Source of the DNA: Candidatus Scalindua sp.
GTDB lineage: Bacteria; Planctomycetota; Brocadiia; Brocadiales; Scalinduaceae
Length of the DNA: 32,000 nucleotides
Reading direction: 5' to 3'
Assembly: GCA_031316235.1 (NCBI GenBank)
Contig: JALDRA010000001.1
Location: 2,850,001-2,882,000, forward strand
Shown here: piece by piece, positions 24,109-32,000 of the stretch
How the letters are laid out: every line of letters begins with the position of its first letter
Numbering within the stretch: position 1 is the stretch's first letter
The notes under the pieces: generated by a model
The model's input: only the letters and a program-made list of their open reading frames with translations
Told to the model about the DNA's origin: nothing
The model's database searches: none
Position numbers and translations under genes: made by a program

Positions 24109-25671
24109 ATGAATCAATTGTTGGAACAGGTTAGCAGCATATGGAAGGGAACAAGTTTTGTACAACGGTTGACTTTTTTTGCTCTGTTCATGGGATTTAT
24201 CTCAGGTTTTCTCGGAGTCGTATATTGGGTAAGAAAACCGGAATTTCAGTTATTATATGCAAACCTGGACCAAATGGAGGCAGGGGAAATAATCGAAGAT
24301 CTTAAAGAGAAAAACATACCATACGAGATAAGGAACAGAGGTGGGTCAATATTTGTACCTTCAAATATGGTATATGAGCTAAGGATGAATCTTGCCAAAA
24401 ATGGTATGCCAAAGGGAGATGTAGGATTTGAATTGTTTGAACAGATGAAGTTTGGTTTGTCTGATATGGCACAGAAAGTTAACTATAGAAGGGCTCTTCA
24501 GGGAGAATTAACAAAAACTATTTCAAATCTCGAATGGGTGGAATGGGCACGAGTCCAGATTGTGATACCGGAACCCTCACTGTTTATTGAAGAAGAAAAA
24601 CCTTCTACAGCTTCTGTTATCATTAAAGCGAAAAAGAATCAACGCTTAAGATCCGAGCAAATCTCAGGTATAACGCATCTTGTCAGTTCAAGTGTTGAAG
24701 GGCTGAATCCTGAAAAAGTGATAATTACTGACAGCCTGGGTAATTTATTGTCGAAAATCGAAGATTCCACTGTATCAGGAATGATAACAAATCAGCTGGA
24801 TTTGAAGAAAAAGATAGAAGATTATCACATGTCAAAGGCTCTCAGTGTTGTAGAGAAAATGACGGGAGAAGGAAAGTCGATTGTAAAGATAAGTGCTGAC
24901 CTGGACTTTAAACATGTTGATGAAAAGCAGATAGAATATGATCAGGACAGGAAGGTTCCTATCAGCCAGACAATTACAACACAATTATCTGAAATACCTC
25001 AAATGATGAATGTTGATAAAGGCGACCAGCAGCTGAAAAACTCGAAAGAGACAGAGGAAAAAGAAACAACACAATACGCGTTAAGCAAAACAGAGCGAGC
25101 CGTATCAGATCATGTAGTAAAGATCAAAAGATTGACCGTCGCGGTTCTGGTAGACGGTACTTATGAGGAAGTGAAAACAGAGGATGGTGTGGTGAAGAGA
25201 AACTTCATTAAAAGATCAGATGAGGAATTAGGGCAGATTTCAGCTATTGTGAAACAATCAATCGGAATTGATGAAAAACCTCCAAGAAACGACTCATTTG
25301 AAATACAGTGTGTTCAATTTAAAGGAGATGCACCACTATTTATTGATGAAACTCTCATTGAAAAGGAAAATAAAAGGGTCTTTATTGTAGAGATTGTGAA
25401 AAATAGCTCTCTGGTTATTGCTGTCCTTGCTTTTCTCCTGTTTGCATTGAAGTCATTAAAAAAATTATTGTCCAACAAATCACCGTATGCCACGTACTCT
25501 CCGCATGAATTGCCGGGAGGAGAACAGGAGTTCAGTCTTGAGGAAGCAGGCAGGAAGAAATTAAAAGAAAAACGTATTCAGCTCAGGGATGGAATTATCC
25601 GAAGCGCGAAGGAAGATCCGAGGACAACAAGTAATCTTGTAAGAAAGTGGATGAAGGAGGATGAATCATGA
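24109..25671 (+). CDS. fliF: Flagellar MS-ring protein FliF
   Basis: 520 aa. N-terminal TM (FFALFMGFISGFLGVVYWV). LYANLDQMEAGEIIEDLKEKNIPYEI, RRALQGELTKTISNLEWVEWARVQI, KIKRLTVAVLVDG. Second TM near the C-terminus. Stop overlaps the fliG ATG. Confidence 0.95.
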   Translation: MNQLLEQVSSIWKGTSFVQRLTFFALFMGFISGFLGVVYWVRKPEFQLLYANLDQMEAGEIIEDLKEKNIPYEIRNRGGSIFVPSNMVYELRMNLAKNGMPKGDVGFELFEQMKFGLSDMAQKVNYRRALQGELTKTISNLEWVEWARVQIVIPEPSLFIEEEKPSTASVIIKAKKNQRLRSEQISGITHLVSSSVEGLNPEKVIITDSLGNLLSKIEDSTVSGMITNQLDLKKKIEDYHMSKALSVVEKMTGEGKSIVKISADLDFKHVDEKQIEYDQDRKVPISQTITTQLSEIPQMMNVDKGDQQLKNSKETEEKETTQYALSKTERAVSDHVVKIKRLTVAVLVDGTYEEVKTEDGVVKRNFIKRSDEELGQISAIVKQSIGIDEKPPRNDSFEIQCVQFKGDAPLFIDETLIEKENKRVFIVEIVKNSSLVIAVLAFLLFALKSLKKLLSNKSPYATYSPHELPGGEQEFSLEEAGRKKLKEKRIQLRDGIIRSAKEDPRTTSNLVRKWMKEDES

Positions 25672-26615
25672 AGGGTAATCTCACAACAAAAGAAAAGGTT
25701 GGTGTACTCCTGTTAAACCTCGGTGCTGAAGCGGCAGGAGAAGTATTACAGAACTTTGGAGAGAATGAAATTGCTGAAATTGGTGAAATCATCGGGAGGA
25801 TGAGAAATATAGATGAAGATACCTCGGCAATGGTGATGAATGAGTTTGTCGGTCAGTTTGATTCCTGGAGAGATAGTGAGAAAATAATAGACGTAATCAA
25901 AGACCACAGGCCAAATATAATGCCATTTGTCTATTTCAAGAATCTGATAACTGATGAAATTGTATCAATTATTTGTGGTGAGCATCCACAGTTAATTTCA
26001 TTGGTACTCTCTTATCTGGATGCAAAACAATCGGCTGAAGTTGTTGCCCTAATGCCGGAGGAATCCCGGTCTGATATTATCAATAGAATGGCTACATCTT
26101 CATCGCCCCCAATACAGATTATTAAACAAATAGATGAGTTGCTGGAAGCAAAAGTTCTCTCTTTGGGAGACAGGCTTGACACCCCAAATGAAAGGAAATA
26201 TAGAACTATTGCAGAGATATTAAATAAGGCAGATTCCATGACTGAGAAGACAATAATGCAGCGCATAAAGGAAGAAAATCCAGAAATTGCAAAGGAAATA
26301 AAATCACTCATGTTTGTTTTTGAGGATGTTGCCCATGTCGAAGACAAGGCATTAAGGAAAGTGTTAAGCGAAACGAACAGCACTACGATAGCAATGTGTC
26401 TGAAGACGGCAAGTGAGGAAGTACGCGGGAAAATTTATAAAAACATGTCTAAACGTATGGGTGATATGGTGAAGGAAGAGCAGGAGTTATTGGGACCAAA
26501 ACCCCTTGCTGAGGTAGAAGCGGCACAGAAAGAGATCGTTGATAGTTTAAGCAAGATGGAAGCTGAAGGTGAAACGGTAAGAGGTAGCGGGACAGATGGC
26601 GGGCCATTAGTATGA
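25668..26615 (+). CDS. fliG: Flagellar rotor/switch protein FliG
   Basis: KVGVLLLNLGAEAAGEVLQNFGENEIAEIGEII...; MFVFEDVAHVEDKALRKVLSE...IAMCLKTASEEVRGKIYKNMSKRMGDMVKEE. Confidence 0.95.
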   Translation: MKGNLTTKEKVGVLLLNLGAEAAGEVLQNFGENEIAEIGEIIGRMRNIDEDTSAMVMNEFVGQFDSWRDSEKIIDVIKDHRPNIMPFVYFKNLITDEIVSIICGEHPQLISLVLSYLDAKQSAEVVALMPEESRSDIINRMATSSSPPIQIIKQIDELLEAKVLSLGDRLDTPNERKYRTIAEILNKADSMTEKTIMQRIKEENPEIAKEIKSLMFVFEDVAHVEDKALRKVLSETNSTTIAMCLKTASEEVRGKIYKNMSKRMGDMVKEEQELLGPKPLAEVEAAQKEIVDSLSKMEAEGETVRGSGTDGGPLV

Positions 26616-27262
26616 GCAGGAAAATTGTTTATAAGTTACCCGTAATAGAGAAAACAGTGGTGTTGGAAACTAAATTACCATCCTTATTGAAGAAACCACC
26701 GGAAGATGAAAAGATTGAAGCTGAAAACAGGCAGAAACAGTTGGAGGATATCACGCGTGAATCATATCAAAGAGGTTGGAATGATGCTGAGAAAAAGATG
26801 AAGAGTCAGATCGTGGAAGAGAATAATCTCTTGTGTAAAGGGTTAAAAAAGGCAGCAGAAGAGTTTAGAAACGAGAGAAACAGTATCTGGGAAAATTGTG
26901 AAAAAGAGATTCTACATCTAGCACTTACCATAGCAGAAAAAGTAACAAGTGCTGAAATCTCGAAATATAATAGAGAAATAACTGAACGTATTGCTGCTGA
27001 AGCGGTCTGCAAGGTAAAAGGTAAAAAAATTGCAAAAATTTGTATGAATGAAAAGGACTTGGAAGGGTTTAAGTTGAAGAAAATATCCGGTATTAATGAG
27101 GTGAGCGGAGAATGTGAGATAATCGCTGACAATGACATCTCTCCTGGTGGGTGTGTGGTTGTTACAGATTACGGATCAGTTGATGCGAGGCTTGAGACTC
27201 GATGGGATGAGATTATGACAACATTAGGGGTAGATGATAATACAGGTGAGAGAAAAAAATGA
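26612..27262 (+). CDS. fliH: Flagellar export apparatus protein FliH
   Basis: Position between fliG and fliI with overlapping stop/start codons. ESYQRGWNDAEKK...LHLALTIAEKV...ADNDISPGGCVVVTDYGSVDARLETRWDEI matches the FliH C-terminal pattern. Confidence 0.8.
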   Translation: MSRKIVYKLPVIEKTVVLETKLPSLLKKPPEDEKIEAENRQKQLEDITRESYQRGWNDAEKKMKSQIVEENNLLCKGLKKAAEEFRNERNSIWENCEKEILHLALTIAEKVTSAEISKYNREITERIAAEAVCKVKGKKIAKICMNEKDLEGFKLKKISGINEVSGECEIIADNDISPGGCVVVTDYGSVDARLETRWDEIMTTLGVDDNTGERKK

Positions 27263-28623
27263 ATAAAGATGTGCGTTTTCTGGAAAAGTATTTTCAAAGA
27301 CTTTCAAGTATCGATACTATTAAACTTGTGGGAACGGTTTCAAGAGCAACAAGTATGCTGATAGAATCTCTGGGACCCGAAGCTTCGGTGGGAGAGTTGT
27401 GTAGTATGACAACACAATCAAAGAAAAAATCGGTTCTTGCAGAAGTTGTGGGATTTAAAGACTCTAGAACACTGCTGATGCCAATAGGGGACACCGAGGG
27501 GATAAGCCCGAAAAGTCAGGTTGTTGCTACCGGTCATCCACTTCATATCAAGGTTGGTTCATCACTGATAGGAAGGATACTTGATGGATTAGGGAACCCG
27601 ATAGATAACAGGGGGCCAATTAAATACGATGAGTTGAGACCTGTGTATAATGAACCGCCGGATCCATTGAATCGTCAGCTTATAACGGAACCTATCAGTA
27701 CAGGTATTCGGGCAATAGATGGGTTACTAACCTGTGGAAAGGGACAGAGGATGGGTATTTTTGCCGGTAGTGGAGTCGGGAAAAGTACACTCCTCGGAAA
27801 GATTGCAAGATCATCGAAAGCAGATGTAAATGTAATTGCCTTGATTGGAGAAAGAGGAAGGGAAGTAAGAGAGTTTGTGGAATATAATTTAGGTGATGAA
27901 GGGCTCAAAAAATCTGTTGTTGTTGTCGTTACTTCGGACAAACCAGTTATTGTAAGGTTAAAAGGAGGGTTTGTTGCCACCACAATTGCTGAATACCTGA
28001 GAGATAAAGGTATGGATGTGATGCTTATGATGGATTCTGTTACGAGACTTGCCAATGCTCAACGAGAAATTGGGTTGTCTATTGGAGAACCTCCGACATC
28101 AAGAGGGTATACACCTTCTGTATTCTCACTGCTCCCTAAATTATTAGAAAGACCTGGAACAACGAGTGAAGGAAGCATAACAGCATTATATACAGTACTC
28201 GTCGAAGGGGATGATTTTAACGAACCAGTTTCAGATACAGTACGGGGTATATTAGATGGACATATAATCCTTTCAAGAAAGATTGCAGCTCAGAATTGCT
28301 ACCCGGCGATAGATATACTCAATAGTGTCAGCAGATGCATGATCGATGTCGTATCATCAGGGCATATGATTGCAGCCCGGAAGATGAGGGCAACTTACGC
28401 CATTTATAAGGATGCTGAGGATATGATAAACGTTGGAGCTTATGTAGAAGGAAGAAATCCTAAAATTGACTATTCAGTAAAGATGTACGAGTTGATAACC
28501 GGTTATCTTCAGCAAGGTGTGACAGAGCAGAGTAGGTTTACTGAGGATATCTCAAGGCTGGAGGAGATGATGTCTGATTCTGTAAAAGGAAAAAAGCAGG
28601 ATCTGGTACATACCATAAAGTAG
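27259..28623 (+). CDS. fliI: Flagellum-specific ATPase FliI
   Basis: Walker A GIFAGSGVGKSTLLG. Walker B VMLMMDSVTRLANAQREIGL. ITALYTVLVEGDDFNEPVSD. F1/T3SS ATPase family. Confidence 0.97.
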   Translation: MNKDVRFLEKYFQRLSSIDTIKLVGTVSRATSMLIESLGPEASVGELCSMTTQSKKKSVLAEVVGFKDSRTLLMPIGDTEGISPKSQVVATGHPLHIKVGSSLIGRILDGLGNPIDNRGPIKYDELRPVYNEPPDPLNRQLITEPISTGIRAIDGLLTCGKGQRMGIFAGSGVGKSTLLGKIARSSKADVNVIALIGERGREVREFVEYNLGDEGLKKSVVVVVTSDKPVIVRLKGGFVATTIAEYLRDKGMDVMLMMDSVTRLANAQREIGLSIGEPPTSRGYTPSVFSLLPKLLERPGTTSEGSITALYTVLVEGDDFNEPVSDTVRGILDGHIILSRKIAAQNCYPAIDILNSVSRCMIDVVSSGHMIAARKMRATYAIYKDAEDMINVGAYVEGRNPKIDYSVKMYELITGYLQQGVTEQSRFTEDISRLEEMMSDSVKGKKQDLVHTIK

Positions 28624-28705
28624 AGGAGGCTTTTTTATTTTGAAAAGATTTACTGTTATTGCAGTTAAATGAAGAGAGATGTGTTCATGTCAGTAGGAGG
28701 TGAAG

Positions 28706-29146
28706 GTGAGATATCATTTTAGACTTCAACCATTGCTGGAGAAAGAACAAATTCATGAAGGTGAGTTTGTGAGAGGCCTGAAGGTTCTTAAGGATATATT
28801 CCGAGAGGAAGAAGACAAATTAGCAGAAATTAAAAAGAAAAGAGATGATACTCAAAAGAGGCTGGGAGAGAGAAAACAGATTTATATTGATGGGTTAGAG
28901 CTGAGATTATATGAAGATTATTTTGTTAAGATTGATAATGATGAAAAGGACTCGATGTGCCTGCTTAAAGAGATAGAGATTAAAATAGAAATTGTGCAAA
29001 GAGAGCTTACAAAGATAATGAAACGGAGAAAGGCTCTTGAGAAACTTAAAGAGAAAGGCAAGAGTGAGCATCTCAATAATCTACAGATGTCCTTGAATAA
29101 GGAAATGGATGATATTGCCATAATGAACTTCTCAAAGAGGCATTAA
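28706..29146 (+). CDS. fliJ: Flagellar export chaperone FliJ
   Basis: About 146-aa all-coiled-coil protein (FRLQPLLEKEQIHEGEF...RELTKIMKRRKALEKLKEKG) directly after fliI. GTG at 28706 lies 5 nt after AGGAGG; the ORF-track GTG at 28700 overlaps the RBS. Confidence 0.75.
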   Translation: MRYHFRLQPLLEKEQIHEGEFVRGLKVLKDIFREEEDKLAEIKKKRDDTQKRLGERKQIYIDGLELRLYEDYFVKIDNDEKDSMCLLKEIEIKIEIVQRELTKIMKRRKALEKLKEKGKSEHLNNLQMSLNKEMDDIAIMNFSKRH

Positions 29147-29149
29147 GAT

Positions 29150-30094
29150 ATGTTGAAGTTTAAGATGAAAATTAATCTAAAGAAGATAGTGCCGTTTGCT
29201 GTTATATTCCTGACAGTATTTTTTGTGTCTGTACTTATAATGGGTACTTTTAAAAAGAAAGTTGAAAAAGAGCAGCAGAGAATATATTTGGAAAAACTTG
29301 AGGATTTGAGAATAAAAGATTCTGTGGAAGTGGAGTCAAAAGAACAGCGGAGGATTTTAAAATTACTGTCACCTGAGGATACAGATGAACTTCTGGAGGA
29401 ACTGAAGCAGAGAGTGGACTTGTACGTAAAAAAAACTGGATTGCTTGATAAAAGAGAGAAAGAGCTGGGATCATTTAAAAATGATCTGGAAAACCAGAAG
29501 TTACAACTTGTTTCGATGAGAGAAAAGTATTCAGAGACATTAGATCTGATAGGCATGGAACGGGTTGAACTTGACAAAGACCTTCTTGTTTTTAAAGGAA
29601 TTGAACGGAAAAACATAAAAAATTTAGCTGTTGTCTACGCCTCGATGGATGCTTTAAAATCAGCAAATGCGTTACGTCAGTTAAGCAGCCAGACAGGTGC
29701 GAAGGTCCTGGCAAGTATGCCAGCGAAGAAGTGTGCGAAAATCCTTGAAGAAATTGGTCCTGATGTGGCAGCAGAACTCAGTGAGCAGATGAAAAAACTG
29801 GAGATGGTTAAAAATCTGGATGACGAGGTGCTGAAACAGAAAAATCTTAAAGCCCTGGCAGGTGTCTATCAAAGAATGGAACCCGGCAAAACCTTAGCAG
29901 TCTTAAAAGAACTTGACGATAAAACTGCCGTGAATATCCTTTCATATATGGAAGAAAAGAAATTGGCAAAAATCCTTGAGTTGATGGGATCAGGAGAGGC
30001 TTCTGAGTTAACGGAGAAGATAAGGAAAAAGACTGAGTTGAATAGCAATATCAAGAAGATACAGGACAATAGTACAGATTCGGAAGGAGTGTGA
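29150..30094 (+). CDS. Membrane-anchored MgtE_N-domain flagellar protein (YlxF-like)
   Basis: N-terminal TM (IVPFAVIFLTVFFVSVLIMG), a coiled coil, then two MgtE_N-type repeats (LAVVYASMDALKSANALRQLSSQTGAKVLASMPAKKCAKILEEI and LAGVYQRMEPGKTLAVLKELDDKTAVNILSYMEEKKLAKILELM). Same position as ylxF after fliJ in the B. subtilis fla/che operon. Confidence 0.7.
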   Translation: MLKFKMKINLKKIVPFAVIFLTVFFVSVLIMGTFKKKVEKEQQRIYLEKLEDLRIKDSVEVESKEQRRILKLLSPEDTDELLEELKQRVDLYVKKTGLLDKREKELGSFKNDLENQKLQLVSMREKYSETLDLIGMERVELDKDLLVFKGIERKNIKNLAVVYASMDALKSANALRQLSSQTGAKVLASMPAKKCAKILEEIGPDVAAELSEQMKKLEMVKNLDDEVLKQKNLKALAGVYQRMEPGKTLAVLKELDDKTAVNILSYMEEKKLAKILELMGSGEASELTEKIRKKTELNSNIKKIQDNSTDSEGV

Positions 30095-30097
30095 GGT

Positions 30098-30904
30098 ATG
30101 GATATAGCAACACCTGCAGGTATGTTGTTAGGTATGATATTGCTTATCGTATCAATTGTTTTGGCAGGAGGAGTATCTGGCATTGGATCATTTATCGATG
30201 TTCCTTCCGGCATGATTGTTGTTGGTGGAACTCTTGCGGCAACACTTGTCCGATATCCATTGGCTAATGTTATCGGGTTGATAGGTATTATTATGAAGAC
30301 TATTTTTATTAAATTGAGTTCACCACAAGAGGAAATGAACAGGCTTGTAGAATTTGCCAGGGTTGCACGCAGAGAAGGGTTGCTTGCTCTTGAAAACAAG
30401 GTTGCAGATGTCAAAGACGCATTTCTTGCAAAGGGAATACAATTATTAGTAGATGGAACTGATGCTGACGGTCTTCGCTCAATACTTGGTTCAGAGATAG
30501 ACATGGTTCGCCAGAGACACTCTGTGGGTAAGGGTATCCTTGAGTCAATGGGGGCAGCATCTCCTGCCTTTGGTATGTTAGGGACCCTTATAGGACTGGT
30601 GCTAATGCTGCAGTCTCTGGATGACCCGTCAAAGATTGGAGGTGGTATGGCTACAGCGCTCATAACAACATTTTATGGAGTTTTGTTAGCTAACCTCTTC
30701 TGCTTGCCAATGGGTGGAAAGCTTGGTTTAAGGTCAAAGGAAGAAACGCTTGTGAAAGAGCTCGTGCTGGAAGGCATTGTTGCTATACAGTCCGGAGATG
30801 CTCCTAATCTGGTCGAAGAAAAACTGAAAAGTTTTCTGGCCCCGAAAGAAAGGAAAGAAAAGAAGCTTGAAGACCTGAAAGACAAGATAAGGGAAAAACA
30901 GTAA
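30098..30904 (+). CDS. motA: Flagellar stator protein MotA
   Basis: MotA/TolQ/ExbB family: four TM segments, ARREGLLALE, ASPAFGMLGTLIGLVLML, MATALITTFYGVLLANLFCLP. Stop overlaps the motB ATG (TAATG). Confidence 0.93.
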   Translation: MDIATPAGMLLGMILLIVSIVLAGGVSGIGSFIDVPSGMIVVGGTLAATLVRYPLANVIGLIGIIMKTIFIKLSSPQEEMNRLVEFARVARREGLLALENKVADVKDAFLAKGIQLLVDGTDADGLRSILGSEIDMVRQRHSVGKGILESMGAASPAFGMLGTLIGLVLMLQSLDDPSKIGGGMATALITTFYGVLLANLFCLPMGGKLGLRSKEETLVKELVLEGIVAIQSGDAPNLVEEKLKSFLAPKERKEKKLEDLKDKIREKQ

Positions 30905-31623
30905 TGGAAGAAGAAAAAGGGGCAGATGCGAATGCATGGGTAGCTTCTTTCGGTGATCTGATTACTCTCCTGATGACATTTTTTGTGCTGATCATTTCAA
31001 TGAGTGTTATCAAAATGGATGAGATTGTCGAAGCCATTAATAAGAATGATGGTCTGGGTGACAATCTGGTCAGCGCAGATCTGAAGGAAACAGGAATTTT
31101 TGAAAAGCAAACTATGAGTAAGATACAACTCTTGATGGAAGGAGATGGCCTTCCTCCTCCGCTGGAAGACATTGAATTTCTGCATGACTCTGTCGTTGTA
31201 TTTGTAAGTGAGAATAGTCTTGATAATGTGATAGATTTAGAGAAAACCAGGAACGGATTCATAATTCGAATCAGGGCGGATATCCTGTTCGATCCGGGTA
31301 ATACAAAACCAAAAGATCAATACCTGTATTTGTTAGATGAGATAGCGGAATTGTTGGGTGCGGTATCAAACGATGTGAGAATAGAGGGACATACGGATGA
31401 TCGTTACTCCGAAGATGTATATGAAGATATCAGATTGTCTGTTTCCCGGGCAACAAGTATTTGCGGGTATTTTGTAGACAGGTGGAATATGGATCCTTCT
31501 CGTATTGGAGTTGCAGGTTACGGTAAACATCGCCCTCTTTTTCCAAACATTGATGAAGAGAACCGTGCAATGAACAGGCGGGTTGAAATTATAGTAAAAG
31601 AACAGGGGCAGGAAGATGGCTAA
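30904..31623 (+). CDS. motB: Flagellar stator protein MotB
   Basis: WVASFGDLITLLMTFFVLI, a TM segment with the conserved channel Asp. C-terminal OmpA-like peptidoglycan-binding domain (IEGHTDD...LSVSRATSICGYF...NRAMNRRVEIIV). Confidence 0.93.
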   Translation: MEEEKGADANAWVASFGDLITLLMTFFVLIISMSVIKMDEIVEAINKNDGLGDNLVSADLKETGIFEKQTMSKIQLLMEGDGLPPPLEDIEFLHDSVVVFVSENSLDNVIDLEKTRNGFIIRIRADILFDPGNTKPKDQYLYLLDEIAELLGAVSNDVRIEGHTDDRYSEDVYEDIRLSVSRATSICGYFVDRWNMDPSRIGVAGYGKHRPLFPNIDEENRAMNRRVEIIVKEQGQEDG

Positions 31624-32000
31624 CGAGGGAAACGCAGAAACCAATGATGACCAATCTGTTATTGGCAAGGCTTCACAATCTTTCAGCAGGTTATTGAAAA
31701 AGAAGCCTGCTGATGATGCAGCTCCAGAGATGGATATGATGGCATTTGCATCAATGATGACCATCCTGCTTGCATTCTTTATTATGCTGTCCAGCTTTGC
31801 CGGTAAACCGAACGATGAAAAAGCAAAAGAGGCGATTGAATCATTTAAGGAGGCATTAGAGAATTTTGGTCTCAGCAGAATGTCAATGGCTAAGAGCGAT
31901 TCTATTGACAATTTGACCCTGGTTTTAAAGAAACTAGGAGTGAAATCAAATGATGATGAGTCTATTGTCGTCGGGAAAAAGGCCTTTAATATAGTTGATG
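31616..32000 (+). CDS. Second MotB-like protein (N-terminal part; continues beyond the window) lacking the conserved TM Asp
   Basis: Not in the ORF track (no stop in the window). ATG 31616 overlaps the motB stop by 8 nt, and the frame is open for 128 codons to base 32000. MDMMAFASMMTILLAFFIMLSSF aligns with the MotB TM helix (FGDLITLLMTFFVL), with Ser where Asp is expected. The antisense ORF 31366..31911 is therefore spurious. Confidence 0.7.
   Translation, partial: MANEGNAETNDDQSVIGKASQSFSRLLKKKPADDAAPEMDMMAFASMMTILLAFFIMLSSFAGKPNDEKAKEAIESFKEALENFGLSRMSMAKSDSIDNLTLVLKKLGVKSNDDESIVVGKKAFNIVD

Noticed and set aside
29869-30663. 264-aa minus-strand ORF, and similar long antisense ORFs (4183..4704, 6052..6588, 29143..29616, 30804..31262, 31366..31911, 796..1038)
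   Set aside because: Each lies antisense to a gene with strong family signatures (MotA, MCP, receiver fusion, YlxF-like, MotB, MotB-like, dCache receptor). Their translations are low-complexity Ser/Pro/Ile-rich with no recognisable motifs or RBS.

Overview
AT-rich bacterial motility locus, almost entirely coding.

**Left third (1-8193, minus strand):** one chemotaxis operon. Order is cheY, cheX, a CheC-like/receiver fusion, a c-type-heme MCP, cheA, cheW, then a second (double-Cache) receptor that runs off the left edge and is missing from the ORF track.

**Control region (8194-9267):** about 1.1 kb of non-coding divergent promoter DNA.

**Right two thirds (plus strand), in order:**
- flgM
- an exported TPR protein
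- a sigma54-dependent response regulator
- a 160-aa MshEN-like protein with only a DHp (HisKA) module
- a receiver fused to a degenerate SpoIIE/PP2C-like domain
- three more exported or anchored TPR proteins
- a cytoplasmic PAS histidine kinase and a second sigma54 activator (FlrBC/FleSR-like pair)
- flgB-flgC-fliE, a 1-kb spacer, then fliF-fliG-fliH-fliI-fliJ, a YlxF/MgtE_N-like gene, motA, motB
- a second MotB-like gene that runs off the right edge and is also missing from the ORF track

I saw no rRNA, tRNA, CRISPR array, transposase or phage genes.

**Most noteworthy:**
1. Six copies of a ~112-bp bipartite palindromic element. All are intergenic, they occur in both orientations, and stem positions carry compensatory substitutions. 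The copies interrupt flagellar regulatory and structural operons. I cannot match the element to a named family.
2. T2SSE_N/MshEN-type 24-residue motifs (the c-di-GMP-binding motif family) in two places: four times in CheA where the P2 domain normally sits, and twice in the DHp-only protein.
3. Several degenerate signalling modules: a receiver with Asn at the phospho-acceptor position, a SpoIIE-like domain lacking catalytic Asp residues, and a MotB paralogue lacking the channel Asp.
4. A block of exported TPR proteins embedded in the flagellar regulon, with GG-N10-GC sigma54-type promoters in front of several units.

All functional calls rest on motif recognition by eye; no searches were run. 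The taxon cannot be assigned from this window.
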